A stretch of 64,000 bases of DNA from Alkalispirochaeta sp. (GTDB taxonomy: Bacteria > Spirochaetota > Spirochaetia > DSM-27196 > Alkalispirochaetaceae), in assembly GCA_965601925.1 (NCBI GenBank), contig OZ271854.1, positions 544,001 through 608,000 of the forward strand, in the 5' to 3' direction. Position numbers and translations under genes: made by a program. Below the pieces are notes generated by a model that worked only from the letters and a program-made list of their open reading frames with translations, was not told the DNA's origin and did no database searches. This document shows, one piece after another, positions 50,308-59,426 of this stretch (the first letter of the stretch is position 1; every line of letters starts with the position of its first letter).

Positions 50308-51225
50308 TTGCGCAACAAACGTCTTCGATCGTACATCGCAGTGTTCCTTGCTCCCGCCGTCATCATTTACTCCCTATTTCTCATCTATCCGCTTATCGGG
50401 TCCTTAAGCCTCAGCTTTTTTGCCGACGCCCCCGAAGGTGGGCGCGTGTTCGTCGGATTCGACAACATTCGGCGCCTTCTTACCGACGACCGATGGGCGC
50501 CGGGGTTTTGGAACGCCGTGGGCAACAACGTGCTTTTCTTCGTGGTCCACTTTCTGGTGCAAAATCCGATCGGGCTCCTATTGGCGACGCTCCTCACGGC
50601 GGGACGAGTGAGGGGACGCGGCATGTATCGCACGGTCCTGTTTATGCCGACGATGCTATCGGTCGTAATTGTGGGATTCATTTGGCAGCTCATACTGTCG
50701 CCGCTATGGGGCGTCGCCGAGGGATTTCTCACCGCCATCGGCCGCGGGGAGCTCTTTCAACCGTGGCTGGGCCTTCAGAATACGGCACTGATTACGCTTT
50801 CGCTCATTTCGGTGTGGCAGTTCTACGGCATCCCCATGATGCTGTTTTACGCGGCGCTCATCGGCATACCGCGCGAGCTGACCGAGAGCGCGTTCGTAGA
50901 CGGAGCGGGGAGTTGGAACGTCTTTTGGCGTATTAAGTTTCCCCTTATCCTCCCGGTTCTGGGGGTCGTGACGGTGTTGACCTTCGTTGGAAACTTCAAT
51001 GCATTTGATCTCATCTATACGACGCAGGGTGTGCTCGCGGGGCCGGATTTCAGCACCGATATTCTGGGGACCTATTTCTTCAGAACCTTCTTCGGCCAAC
51101 AGCTTCAACTCGGCAACCCCACCATGGGAGCGACGGTCGCAACGATGATGTTCGTCATCATTCTTTCGGGGGTACTGGCCTATATGTTTGCGTGGCGACG
51201 CAGGGTGCAGACCTATGAGTTGTAG
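50308..51225 (+). CDS. Carbohydrate ABC permease (MalF-like)
   Basis: 'FLAPAVIIY', 'FVGFDN', EAA loop 'IPRELTESAFVDGA'. Confidence 0.93.
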   Translation: MRNKRLRSYIAVFLAPAVIIYSLFLIYPLIGSLSLSFFADAPEGGRVFVGFDNIRRLLTDDRWAPGFWNAVGNNVLFFVVHFLVQNPIGLLLATLLTAGRVRGRGMYRTVLFMPTMLSVVIVGFIWQLILSPLWGVAEGFLTAIGRGELFQPWLGLQNTALITLSLISVWQFYGIPMMLFYAALIGIPRELTESAFVDGAGSWNVFWRIKFPLILPVLGVVTVLTFVGNFNAFDLIYTTQGVLAGPDFSTDILGTYFFRTFFGQQLQLGNPTMGATVATMMFVIILSGVLAYMFAWRRRVQTYEL

Positions 51226-51237
51226 GGACGGTCGGTG

Positions 51238-52074
51238 ATGCGACGCGGTAGCGTCCGCCTCGGTTCGGTGGCGACCCACGGCCTCCTCTCGTGCGCCGTA
51301 CTGATCGCCGGATTTCCCATTTTTTTGGTCTTTCTCAATAGCTTCAAGACGCGCCGCGCGATCTTTGAGGGACCGTTACGCCTTCCCACCGCGGAGACGT
51401 TCAGCGTACAGGGGTTCGAAACCGTGTTTCAGCGCTCGTCGTTTCCGAGTTACTATCTCAATAGTGTGCTGGTAACGACGATATCCATGGCGATGGTGGT
51501 CTTGTTCGGCGCGATGGCCGCGTGGGCGTTGAGTGAATATCGCTTTAAGGGTAATCGCCAGATGAGCCTCTATTTGGCGATCGGCATCATGATCCCGATC
51601 AGAATCGGTACCGTCGCGATTCTTCGCCTCATGGTGAGCCTCGGGCTGGTAAACACGCTCTTATCTCTCATATTGGTGTATACCGCCCAGGGCCTGCCGC
51701 TGACGGTCTTCATCATGCAGCAGTTCCTCTCCCAGGTTCCTCGGGCGATGAAGGATGCCGGGAGAGTCGACGGGGCGAGCGAATACCGCATCTTCGCTCT
51801 CATGCTCCCCATGGTCCAACCGGCCCTGGCGACCGTTGCGGTCTTCACGATAATTCCGATTTGGAACGATCTCTGGTTTCCTCTCATTCTGGCGCCGAGC
51901 GAGGCGACCAAAACGGTCATCCTCGGAGCGCAGGAGTTTCTCGGTCAATTCGTCTCCGATTGGAACAGCGTACTCTCGTCCCTCTCGCTCGCGATCTTTC
52001 CGGTATTGGTGCTATATATACTCTTCTCGCGCCAGCTGATCGAGGGACTGACCGCGGGCTCGGTGAAGCAGTAG
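51238..52074 (+). CDS. Carbohydrate ABC permease (MalG-like)
   Basis: 'LNSFKT', 'YLNSVLV', 'VPRAMKDAGRVDGASE', 'WNDLWFPL'. Confidence 0.93.
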   Translation: MRRGSVRLGSVATHGLLSCAVLIAGFPIFLVFLNSFKTRRAIFEGPLRLPTAETFSVQGFETVFQRSSFPSYYLNSVLVTTISMAMVVLFGAMAAWALSEYRFKGNRQMSLYLAIGIMIPIRIGTVAILRLMVSLGLVNTLLSLILVYTAQGLPLTVFIMQQFLSQVPRAMKDAGRVDGASEYRIFALMLPMVQPALATVAVFTIIPIWNDLWFPLILAPSEATKTVILGAQEFLGQFVSDWNSVLSSLSLAIFPVLVLYILFSRQLIEGLTAGSVKQ

Positions 52075-52175
52075 CGATACGGCGGGATAAAGGCGGCCGA
52101 TGGAGTACGCGTCCATCGGCCGACGCGTGGTGACGGTACGGCGTCATGATCGAAACCGGCGGAAGGAGGAACGTC

Positions 52176-53186
52176 GTGAAAATCGGACTCATCGGAGCGG
52201 GTTTCATGGGACGCACCCACGCCGACGGGTGGCGGGAGTGCGGAGGAGAGATCGGGGGCGTTCTTGCGACTCCCGATCGGTCGGCGCGGGAGCTCGCGGA
52301 CGCATACGACGCGCCGGTTGTGGAGACCATCGCCGAGCTCGCCGGTGGTGTAGATATCGTCGATGTTTGCAGCCCCACTCCGCTCCACCGCGACCACGTG
52401 TCCGCCGCCGTCGAGGCCGGATCGCGCGCAATCTTTTGCGAGAAGCCTTTGGCTCGCCATCTCGGGGAGGCCGAGGCGATGGTACGCGCATGCCGCGGCG
52501 CCGGTATCCCCCTGGGGGTCGGCCACGTACTACGATTCTTTCCGGAGTACGGGAACGCACTGGCGGCGGTACGACGCGGCGAGTTGGGTAAACTCGCTGT
52601 GCTCCGTTTCAGTCGTCGCACGTTTGCTCCCCGAAAACCGTGGTTTCTCGACACCGCTCAGTCCGGGGGCGTCGTTTTGGATCTGATGATTCACGATCTC
52701 GACTTCGCGCGGCTGGCCGCCGGCGAAGTACAACGTGTCTACGCTCGCGTCGATCCCGGCAGCGACGGTCGACAACACGCCTACGCGCTTCTCACCCACG
52801 CCTCCGGGACGATAACGCACGTCGAGGGGAGCTGGCGCTACCCGCAGCCGGAGTTTCACACATCATTCGAGTTTGCCGGAAGCAAGGCGCTGGTGACTTT
52901 CGATTCTCAGTCGACCCAAGCAATTCGACTCCACCTCACGCCGCTGCGCGGGTCCGTGACGGATGCCGATCGCCTCCTTCCGGAGGTGCCGGTGGCCGCC
53001 AGTCCGATTTCGGAGAACCCTTACGCGGCGGAACTTACGGCGTTTCGGCGGGCGATAGATGCCGGCTCGGAACCTCCGGTATCCGGCGAAGAGGGCGTTC
53101 GCACCCTCCAACTCGCCCTCGCCGTGTTGGAATCGTCAGAGAGCGGACGACCGGTCGAGATTACCCCGTGGGAGGAGGCGCCGTGA
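52176..53186 (+). CDS. Gfo/Idh/MocA family oxidoreductase
   Basis: 'IGLIGAGFMG', 'CEKPLA', 'SGGVVLDLMIHD'. GGAGG RBS before GTG. Confidence 0.92.
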   Translation: MKIGLIGAGFMGRTHADGWRECGGEIGGVLATPDRSARELADAYDAPVVETIAELAGGVDIVDVCSPTPLHRDHVSAAVEAGSRAIFCEKPLARHLGEAEAMVRACRGAGIPLGVGHVLRFFPEYGNALAAVRRGELGKLAVLRFSRRTFAPRKPWFLDTAQSGGVVLDLMIHDLDFARLAAGEVQRVYARVDPGSDGRQHAYALLTHASGTITHVEGSWRYPQPEFHTSFEFAGSKALVTFDSQSTQAIRLHLTPLRGSVTDADRLLPEVPVAASPISENPYAAELTAFRRAIDAGSEPPVSGEEGVRTLQLALAVLESSESGRPVEITPWEEAP

Positions 53187-54184
53187 TCCGCGTCGCAATC
53201 ATCAGTTTCGCCCACCTTCACGGAGAGGCGTACATCTCGAATCTCAGAGCCAACGGCTCGGCGGAGTTCGTCGGCGTGTACGACCCCGATAGCGAGAGAC
53301 GAGCGACCTACGGCGAGCGGATGGATGTACCGACGTTCGCGAGCCGGGACGCCATGCTCAACGCGGGGATCGACGCCGCGGTCGTGTGCAGTGAGAACAG
53401 TCGTCATCGCGAAGATGTCGAGGTCTTGTCCGAAGCGGGGGTGCACCTCCTCTGTGAGAAACCGCTCGCGGTAACCGCCGACGACGGAGCGGCGATGGTG
53501 GCGGCGTGCAAACGCGCCGGCGTTCTCCTCATGACCGCCTTTCCGATGCGTTTCAGCGCGCCACTCGTCGCCGCCGAACACAACCTCACCGACGGTGCCT
53601 TCGGTACGCTGACCAGCTGCGTGGCGATCAATCAAGGCCAGCTTCCCAAGCGACATCGCGCGTGGTTTGTCGACCCCATGCTCGCCGGCGGCGGCGCGAT
53701 AACCGACCACACCGTGCACTTAGTCGATGTGATGCGTTGGTTCACACGCTCGGAGGTAGAGAGCGTATATGCAATCGGCAATCGTATCGCCTACGCCGAT
53801 GAGGCGGTCGTGGAGACCGGCGGCTTGGTGAGCCTGCGCTTCAAAAACGGCGTCGACGTCTCGATCGACTGCAGCTGGTCTCGTCCGCTCAACTTTCCGA
53901 CGTGGGGCGGTCTCACCATGCGTCTCGTGACCGATCGCGGAGCGGTAGATCTCGATGCGTTCGTGCAGAACAACACGGTCTACGGCCTCCCCGACCGCCA
54001 TACCCGTTGGGACAACTGGGGAAGCGACGCCAATCAGGCGATGATCGATGAGTTCATAGCGGCCGTTATCGAACGGCGCGTCCCCGCAGTGACCGGTGAG
54101 GACGGGCTCCGCGCCGTGGAGGTCGTGGAGGCGGCATACCGCAGCATCGCGAGCGGCGGTGTGGAGTCGGTCGTGCAGCGGTGA
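53183..54184 (+). CDS. Gfo/Idh/MocA family oxidoreductase
   Basis: C-terminal part of ORF 52640..54184: 'IISFAHLH', 'CEKPLA', 'GGGAITDHTVH'. GTGA overlap with the previous gene. Confidence 0.9.
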   Translation: MIRVAIISFAHLHGEAYISNLRANGSAEFVGVYDPDSERRATYGERMDVPTFASRDAMLNAGIDAAVVCSENSRHREDVEVLSEAGVHLLCEKPLAVTADDGAAMVAACKRAGVLLMTAFPMRFSAPLVAAEHNLTDGAFGTLTSCVAINQGQLPKRHRAWFVDPMLAGGGAITDHTVHLVDVMRWFTRSEVESVYAIGNRIAYADEAVVETGGLVSLRFKNGVDVSIDCSWSRPLNFPTWGGLTMRLVTDRGAVDLDAFVQNNTVYGLPDRHTRWDNWGSDANQAMIDEFIAAVIERRVPAVTGEDGLRAVEVVEAAYRSIASGGVESVVQR

Positions 54185-54308
54185 GGGACGGGCGGCCCGG
54201 TATATCGGGGCGGCCGCCCTTGCCACCACCATCCCGTATACGACGCATTATATGCAGTTCTCGCCGATGCATGTACGCGCACGAGCGCGGAGGCGATAGT
54301 ATATGGAT

Positions 54309-55250
54309 ATGAACGGCCGAGTATTGATCACCGGCGGATCCGGACTGATCGGTCGACGTCTCACCGATCTTCTTCTCGAGAAGGGCCATGAAGTCGCCTG
54401 GCTTAGTCGCGGCGCCGCAGAGTCTCATCGCGTACCGCGCCCGCATGCGGTACGAGTCTTTCGATGGGACGTCGAACGCGGCGACATCGAACACGACGCC
54501 GTCGAATGGGCCGATGCGGTGGTGCACCTGGCGGGAGCCGGCGTTGCCGACCGGCGGTGGACCGCACGCCGCAAGCGGACCATCCTCGATAGTCGAGTAC
54601 ACGCCACGCGCCTCCTGAGGAAATCGATCCAAGGGGCGACAAGGAGGCCCGAGGTCGTCATTGCCGCGTCAGCGACGGGGCGGTACGGTTCCGGCGGGGA
54701 AGATCGCTGGATGTCGGAAAATGACGACCCGGACGAGTGCGATTTTCTGGCCGAGGTCGTGCGCCAATGGGAAGCCGAGAGTGCAGTTATCGCAAACACG
54801 GGTGTTCGATCACTGGTGGTCCGAATCGGCATCGTGCTGAGTCGCGACGGCGGTGCACTGCCCAGGATGGCGGCGCCCTTCCGGCTGGGCCTCGGAGCGC
54901 CGATTGGGACGGGCGAGCAGTACATGAGCTGGATTCATATCGACGATCTCTGCCGCATGATCGTACACGCGTTAGACGACGCGACCCGGCAGGGCGTCTA
55001 TAACGGCGTGGCCCCCCATCCGGTGACGAACGCGGTCTTTTCCGATGAGCTTGCCCGCGCAATGGGGAGGCCGTTTTTCATGCCCGCCGTTCCGGCGTTC
55101 GTTCTACGGATGGTGATGGGCGAAATGGCGAGTATCGTGCTGGGGGGTGCGCGCGTCTCGAGCCGGAAGGCGCAACACGACGGCTTCACGTTTCGCTATC
55201 CGACGGTGCGAGATGCCCTGAACGAGCTCTTTCGGAACGGTTCGAGATAA
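54309..55250 (+). CDS. TIGR01777/YfcH-like NAD(P)-dependent epimerase-family protein
   Basis: 'ITGGSGLIG', 'VHLAGA..RWT', 'RIGIVL', 'SWIHIDD', 'GFTFRYP'. Start is 54303 or 54309. Confidence 0.9.
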   Translation: MNGRVLITGGSGLIGRRLTDLLLEKGHEVAWLSRGAAESHRVPRPHAVRVFRWDVERGDIEHDAVEWADAVVHLAGAGVADRRWTARRKRTILDSRVHATRLLRKSIQGATRRPEVVIAASATGRYGSGGEDRWMSENDDPDECDFLAEVVRQWEAESAVIANTGVRSLVVRIGIVLSRDGGALPRMAAPFRLGLGAPIGTGEQYMSWIHIDDLCRMIVHALDDATRQGVYNGVAPHPVTNAVFSDELARAMGRPFFMPAVPAFVLRMVMGEMASIVLGGARVSSRKAQHDGFTFRYPTVRDALNELFRNGSR

Positions 55251-55397
55251 TCCCGCCCCACTGAAACACCATGTCGGCCGCGCGCCGACCGGCCTCCCTC
55301 GCATCGTGTCGAGACGCGGAGTCTCGTACCATCCTGCTACGCCTCATCCACCGGTATCCCGCACCAGTCGCCGTTGAGCGGTGCGTAATCACAAAAC

Positions 55398-55434
55398 ATG
55401 AAAAATACTCATATTATATGTGAGCATATTTCAT
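55398..55434. promoter_or_regulatory. AT-rich imperfect inverted repeat upstream of the lipoprotein cluster
   Basis: ATGAAAAATACTCA-N9-TGAGCATATTTCAT (12/14 complementary). Confidence 0.5.
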
Positions 55435-55612
55435 TTTTGGTTCACTATGGAGTACGCTTTGAGTGAATCTTGGATGATATGAGCGGCGAAAGAGGGCCTG
55501 CATCGTGCGCACGGCGACCGACGACCGGCGGCGAATATCATCCACACTATGTACGACGATACATCGCTCACGGCGCGATTCCGTGTAGCGGCACACCGGG
55601 AGGAACGACGAC

Positions 55613-56377
55613 ATGAATCGTATCGGGATAATCGCCGCGTGCGTGGCTGCGGCTCTGACTATGATAGGGTGCGCCAGCGCCAACGATTGGACCAGGCTAA
55701 GCGCCGCGGAGAGCATTGCAATCGTACAAGTAAGCGCGAATCGCGTTGTAGAGACGGAGGCCGAAGGACGGGGAGCCGACGTCATGGCGGGAGTGCGGAC
55801 CGTCGGTGCGTTGGTTCGCGGAGGCAGTGTCGGCGACGCCATGGAGGCCGCAACCCACTCGAGCGGCAATGCGATTGACGCGAGCGTCGATTCTCTCTTT
55901 CGGAACGTGCGCGAAGCAGGCACATTCACGCTCCTCTCCCCCTCACAGGTAACCGGCAGCGAGTTTTACCGCGAACTCGGTGAGTTGGCATCCTCCGGCG
56001 AGTACAACACGGCGGAAGGCTTTCGCTTCGTGGCCGCCGGCGGCCGTTTTTCGGCGGCGGAAGCGTTAATGGGCGCGCTCGATGTCGACGCATTGATGGT
56101 GGTGTTCATCGACTATAACGCGGTGATGTGGACCGGCATACAGAGTTCCGGAACGATGAAGGCGTACGTGGAGGCTACCGCTTATGTGTACGATGAGAGC
56201 GGCGTACCCTTCGTCACCGTGGAAGGGAGCGCCAACTCAGAGGACACCGTCGTTGTTGCAGCCGGCGCGTACGACTTCGACGCGATGGACGAGTTGGCCG
56301 CTCAGGCGATCAATCGGGCAAGCCTGGAGCTCGCCGAGCGCATCCGGTCGGAGGTAGCCGAAAACCGCGAGGGATAG
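55613..56377 (+). CDS. Hypothetical lipoprotein
   Basis: GGAGG RBS. Lipobox 'MIGC'. Confidence 0.75.
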   Translation: MNRIGIIAACVAAALTMIGCASANDWTRLSAAESIAIVQVSANRVVETEAEGRGADVMAGVRTVGALVRGGSVGDAMEAATHSSGNAIDASVDSLFRNVREAGTFTLLSPSQVTGSEFYRELGELASSGEYNTAEGFRFVAAGGRFSAAEALMGALDVDALMVVFIDYNAVMWTGIQSSGTMKAYVEATAYVYDESGVPFVTVEGSANSEDTVVVAAGAYDFDAMDELAAQAINRASLELAERIRSEVAENREG

Positions 56378-56467
56378 CACCGACCGTATACGCGATGTCG
56401 GTCGCGTCGCCGATGAGGCCCGATTTCCCGTTACGTCGGTGTAGGTCGCATGAGGACAGGAGGAACA

Positions 56468-56959
56468 ATGAACGCTTACGCGCTGCGTGCCAAGACTGTT
56501 GCGATAATAGTATGTGCCGTTGCAGGTTGCACTACCGTCTCGGAGATCACCGATGAGGTGTTGGTTGAAACGGGGCCGAGTAGGTTTAGACGCTTCGAGC
56601 CCGCCGATCCCGGTCCGTGGTATGGACCGCTGGCGGAGGAGTACGCGGGTCAGGTGGTCTTTTCCTCCGAATACATACCGCATGACAGCGATGACGACGG
56701 CGCGGTGATAACCGAGTATCGCCCCGGCGGCAACGTAACGATGGAACTCGGCCGCGAGTCGGTGGGTTTCGACAACGTCCGGGAGAGAATCGCGGCATCC
56801 ATCGGGAGCGAAGAGATGACGACGCGAGTTCCGCACATCGTCGGAATCGGATCGGAGTCGATAGACATCGCTGTACGCCGGACGTTCAGCGACTCCATGG
56901 TTCCACGATCGCCGGACGGATCGACGATGCTGGAAAATGCCGGACTCCCCGACGTTTAG
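56468..56959 (+). CDS. Hypothetical lipoprotein
   Basis: AGGAGG RBS. Lipobox 'VAGC'. Confidence 0.65.
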   Translation: MNAYALRAKTVAIIVCAVAGCTTVSEITDEVLVETGPSRFRRFEPADPGPWYGPLAEEYAGQVVFSSEYIPHDSDDDGAVITEYRPGGNVTMELGRESVGFDNVRERIAASIGSEEMTTRVPHIVGIGSESIDIAVRRTFSDSMVPRSPDGSTMLENAGLPDV

Positions 56960-57033
56960 CTCTCAATAAGGGAGATGTAGTCAACGCATCTGAGCAAACA
57001 GAAAAATATCACCGAATAATGCAAGGAGTATGT

Positions 57034-57453
57034 ATGCGTACGATGTTAAGCAGATTGACGGTAGTTGGATGTACGGCGGTCGTACTGTCGGCCTGTGCAT
57101 CCCTCACATTCGGCGCACCGGATGAGCCGGAGACGTTTCTGAGAACGGTGGAACTGCCCGACGGAAGGACGGAAGTCGACTCGTACATCCTGACCTACGA
57201 GACGCAGAACAGCGGGAGTTACCTCCACACCATCGTTGCATCCGGAAACCGTTTCGGAAACGTCGACAGCATGGTATCCGGCGAGTTCGTCATCAACGAG
57301 GGCGCGGGTAACACCGGTACGATCACCTTCTCCCCGGATTTGCCGGACGCGGGAGAACCGGTTCGCGAGGATGCCTATCTGGATCCCTTTGTCGCCGACT
57401 GGACGCCCTTCGTCATCACGATCGACGGCACCGAGTACGCGCTTCAGTTTTAG
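57034..57453 (+). CDS. Hypothetical lipoprotein
   Basis: AAGGAG RBS. Lipobox 'LSAC'. Confidence 0.7.
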   Translation: MRTMLSRLTVVGCTAVVLSACASLTFGAPDEPETFLRTVELPDGRTEVDSYILTYETQNSGSYLHTIVASGNRFGNVDSMVSGEFVINEGAGNTGTITFSPDLPDAGEPVREDAYLDPFVADWTPFVITIDGTEYALQF

Positions 57454-57640
57454 CGGGACGCGCACGGCCGGGTCGTGGACACCCGTTCGACGCGGCCCCG
57501 CCACCGTACCGTCCTCAGACGCTCGGAAACCCGCTTTGATGATCGACTGTCGTATAACACCGAGACGCACATCGAGATATGTCGTCCGACGCGCAAGGCC
57601 TCCGATTCACTACCTTACCTCCTAACATGGAGGAAGTATT

Positions 57641-58111
57641 ATGAGTCGAGTTGCGTCGATTGTTATGGCGGTATCCGTTGTGATGACCGCTATGGTCGTT
57701 ACACCCGCAGTTGCCCAAACGCCGATAAACGCCGGAGACGACAGCGTAGCGATCCACGGTTACGATCCGGTGGCGTACTTTCAGGAGGGTGCGGCGCGTC
57801 AGGGTTCGACGTCTTTTCAGTATGAGTGGAACGACGTAACGTGGCACTTCGCGTCGGCGGAGAACATGGAGCGCTTTCAAGAAGACCCCGAACGCTACGC
57901 ACCGCAGTTCGGCGGCTATTGTGCGTGGGCCGCCTCGCAAGGCTACATCGCCGGTATCGATCCTAACGCGTGGACCGTCCACAACGGACGGCTCTACCTC
58001 AACTTCTCCGCCGGGGTGCGGCGTCGATTCCTCAGAGGTATCGAGAGCAATATCCGCGCGGCGGAGCGGAACTGGCCGGTGCTGGCGGCGGACATTACGA
58101 CACAGCGTTAG
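57641..58111 (+). CDS. Exported YHS-domain protein
   Basis: 'AIHGYDPVAYF', 'WHFASAEN..F..DPERYAPQFGGYCA', 'GRLYLN'. Confidence 0.9.
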   Translation: MSRVASIVMAVSVVMTAMVVTPAVAQTPINAGDDSVAIHGYDPVAYFQEGAARQGSTSFQYEWNDVTWHFASAENMERFQEDPERYAPQFGGYCAWAASQGYIAGIDPNAWTVHNGRLYLNFSAGVRRRFLRGIESNIRAAERNWPVLAADITTQR

Positions 58112-58144
58112 AGACGGCGTCGGATGCCGCCGGACACGGTCGGG

Positions 58145-59098
58145 TCACATCGGGACGGATCGCACCGGGGTCGGCTCGGCTACTCCACCGGCCCGGGAGA
58201 TCGAACCGCGATATCGACTCGGCGGACATCCCACGAGCCGCTTAAACACGGTACTGAAGCTGTAGATACTTGCAAAGCCGCTTTTTATCGCCACATCCCC
58301 GACGCGCTCGCCGTGAAGTAGCAGTTCCTTCGCCCGTTCGATACGGCACATCACGATGTACTCCGAAAGGCGCATTCCCGTCTCGGATGCGAAGCGTCGG
58401 GAGAGGTAGGCCGGACTCACCCCGACGTATCGCGCGAGACGCTCGACGGACAGATCCTCGTCGTAGTGGGCACGAACGCGATCGGACACGGCCTGTATTA
58501 CCTCCGATCCGGTCGTCCGCTCGCGCTCCGGTAGAAGGCGGCGATGAAGCATCACCAGGAGTTCGAGCAGTTTGGAGTAGATGAGAAAGAGCTGCAGATG
58601 CCGCGTCTTGCGTATCTCGTTCAATAACGACGCGAACGGCGCACAGAGCTCCGGGGCGTTGCGCACGATCGCGAAACGATCGATCGCGAGTGTCGCTCCC
58701 AACTTCAGAAGCTCCGGATAGTCGTGGTCGGGGGTAAGATAGCGACTCGAGACGCCGCGGCGGTTGACGAGTGCGCGCGGGGGAATGCGATGGTCACTCG
58801 TGATTCCCACACTTTCGGTCGTCTGAATCCCGATCCAGTAGTAACAGATGTCGGCGTGGGGAATTCGAAAATTGTGAAGCACGCCCGGAGAGGTGACGAA
58901 AACGTCGTCGGTGGAACAGAGAATCGGGTCGGCGTGGGGAAACACACCGATCTCAGCGCCGCCGCGCTTCACATACACGATCTCATAACCCAAATGATAG
59001 TGCTCACCGATGGTTCGCCCCGCTTCGCCGTCGCAACAGCCGAAATGGGTGATGCGCGGAAAGTCGGGAACGGGATACTCGACGAGATAGTAACTCAC
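58145..59098 (-). CDS. AraC family regulator (cupin sensor plus HTH)
   Basis: 'HYHLGYEIVYV', 'SVERLARYVGVSPAYLSRRF', 'GFASIYSFSTVFKRLVGCPPSRYR'. Confidence 0.93.
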   Translation of the reverse strand: MSYYLVEYPVPDFPRITHFGCCDGEAGRTIGEHYHLGYEIVYVKRGGAEIGVFPHADPILCSTDDVFVTSPGVLHNFRIPHADICYYWIGIQTTESVGITSDHRIPPRALVNRRGVSSRYLTPDHDYPELLKLGATLAIDRFAIVRNAPELCAPFASLLNEIRKTRHLQLFLIYSKLLELLVMLHRRLLPERERTTGSEVIQAVSDRVRAHYDEDLSVERLARYVGVSPAYLSRRFASETGMRLSEYIVMCRIERAKELLLHGERVGDVAIKSGFASIYSFSTVFKRLVGCPPSRYRGSISRAGGVAEPTPVRSVPM

Positions 59099-59226
59099 TC
59101 ACTTACTGTACCACGATCGTGTAGTGCAGACGCATTGAAAATTCGGTCGTTGATAAGCAAATACGAATGTGAGAAACGAGGCGTACAATGCAATCGACGT
59201 CGTGATCGAATGGAGGAGGGACAGGC

Positions 59227-59415
59227 ATGAGACCCAGCACTACGGCACTCCGCAGCGTGACGCACGCGATTCTCCCCCTCGCGAGAGCGACGGTTTCCTC
59301 GCAGATTGCGACCGCGACGTCGTCGGCAGCACGGGTCCGACGACTCGTGGTGCGGCAGCTTCGCGTTGTGACGGCAGTCCTCGTCGACGACGTACCGCCG
59401 CGTAGGTATTCGTAG
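59227..59415 (+). CDS. Small hypothetical ORF (62 aa), possible first gene or leader of the operon
   Basis: TACAAT at 59184 and strong GGAGGAGG RBS. No recognised motif. Confidence 0.35.
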   Translation: MRPSTTALRSVTHAILPLARATVSSQIATATSSAARVRRLVVRQLRVVTAVLVDDVPPRRYS

Positions 59416-59426
59416 GGAACATCGCC

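Noticed and set aside
52640..53182. N-terminal extension of the 514-aa ORF suggesting a fusion
   Set aside because: It overlaps the upstream oxidoreductase out of frame; the real start is GTG 53183 with a GGAGG RBS.
57641..58111. Selenoprotein form of the YHS protein
   Set aside because: The GGYC position is a Cys codon; there is no in-frame TGA.
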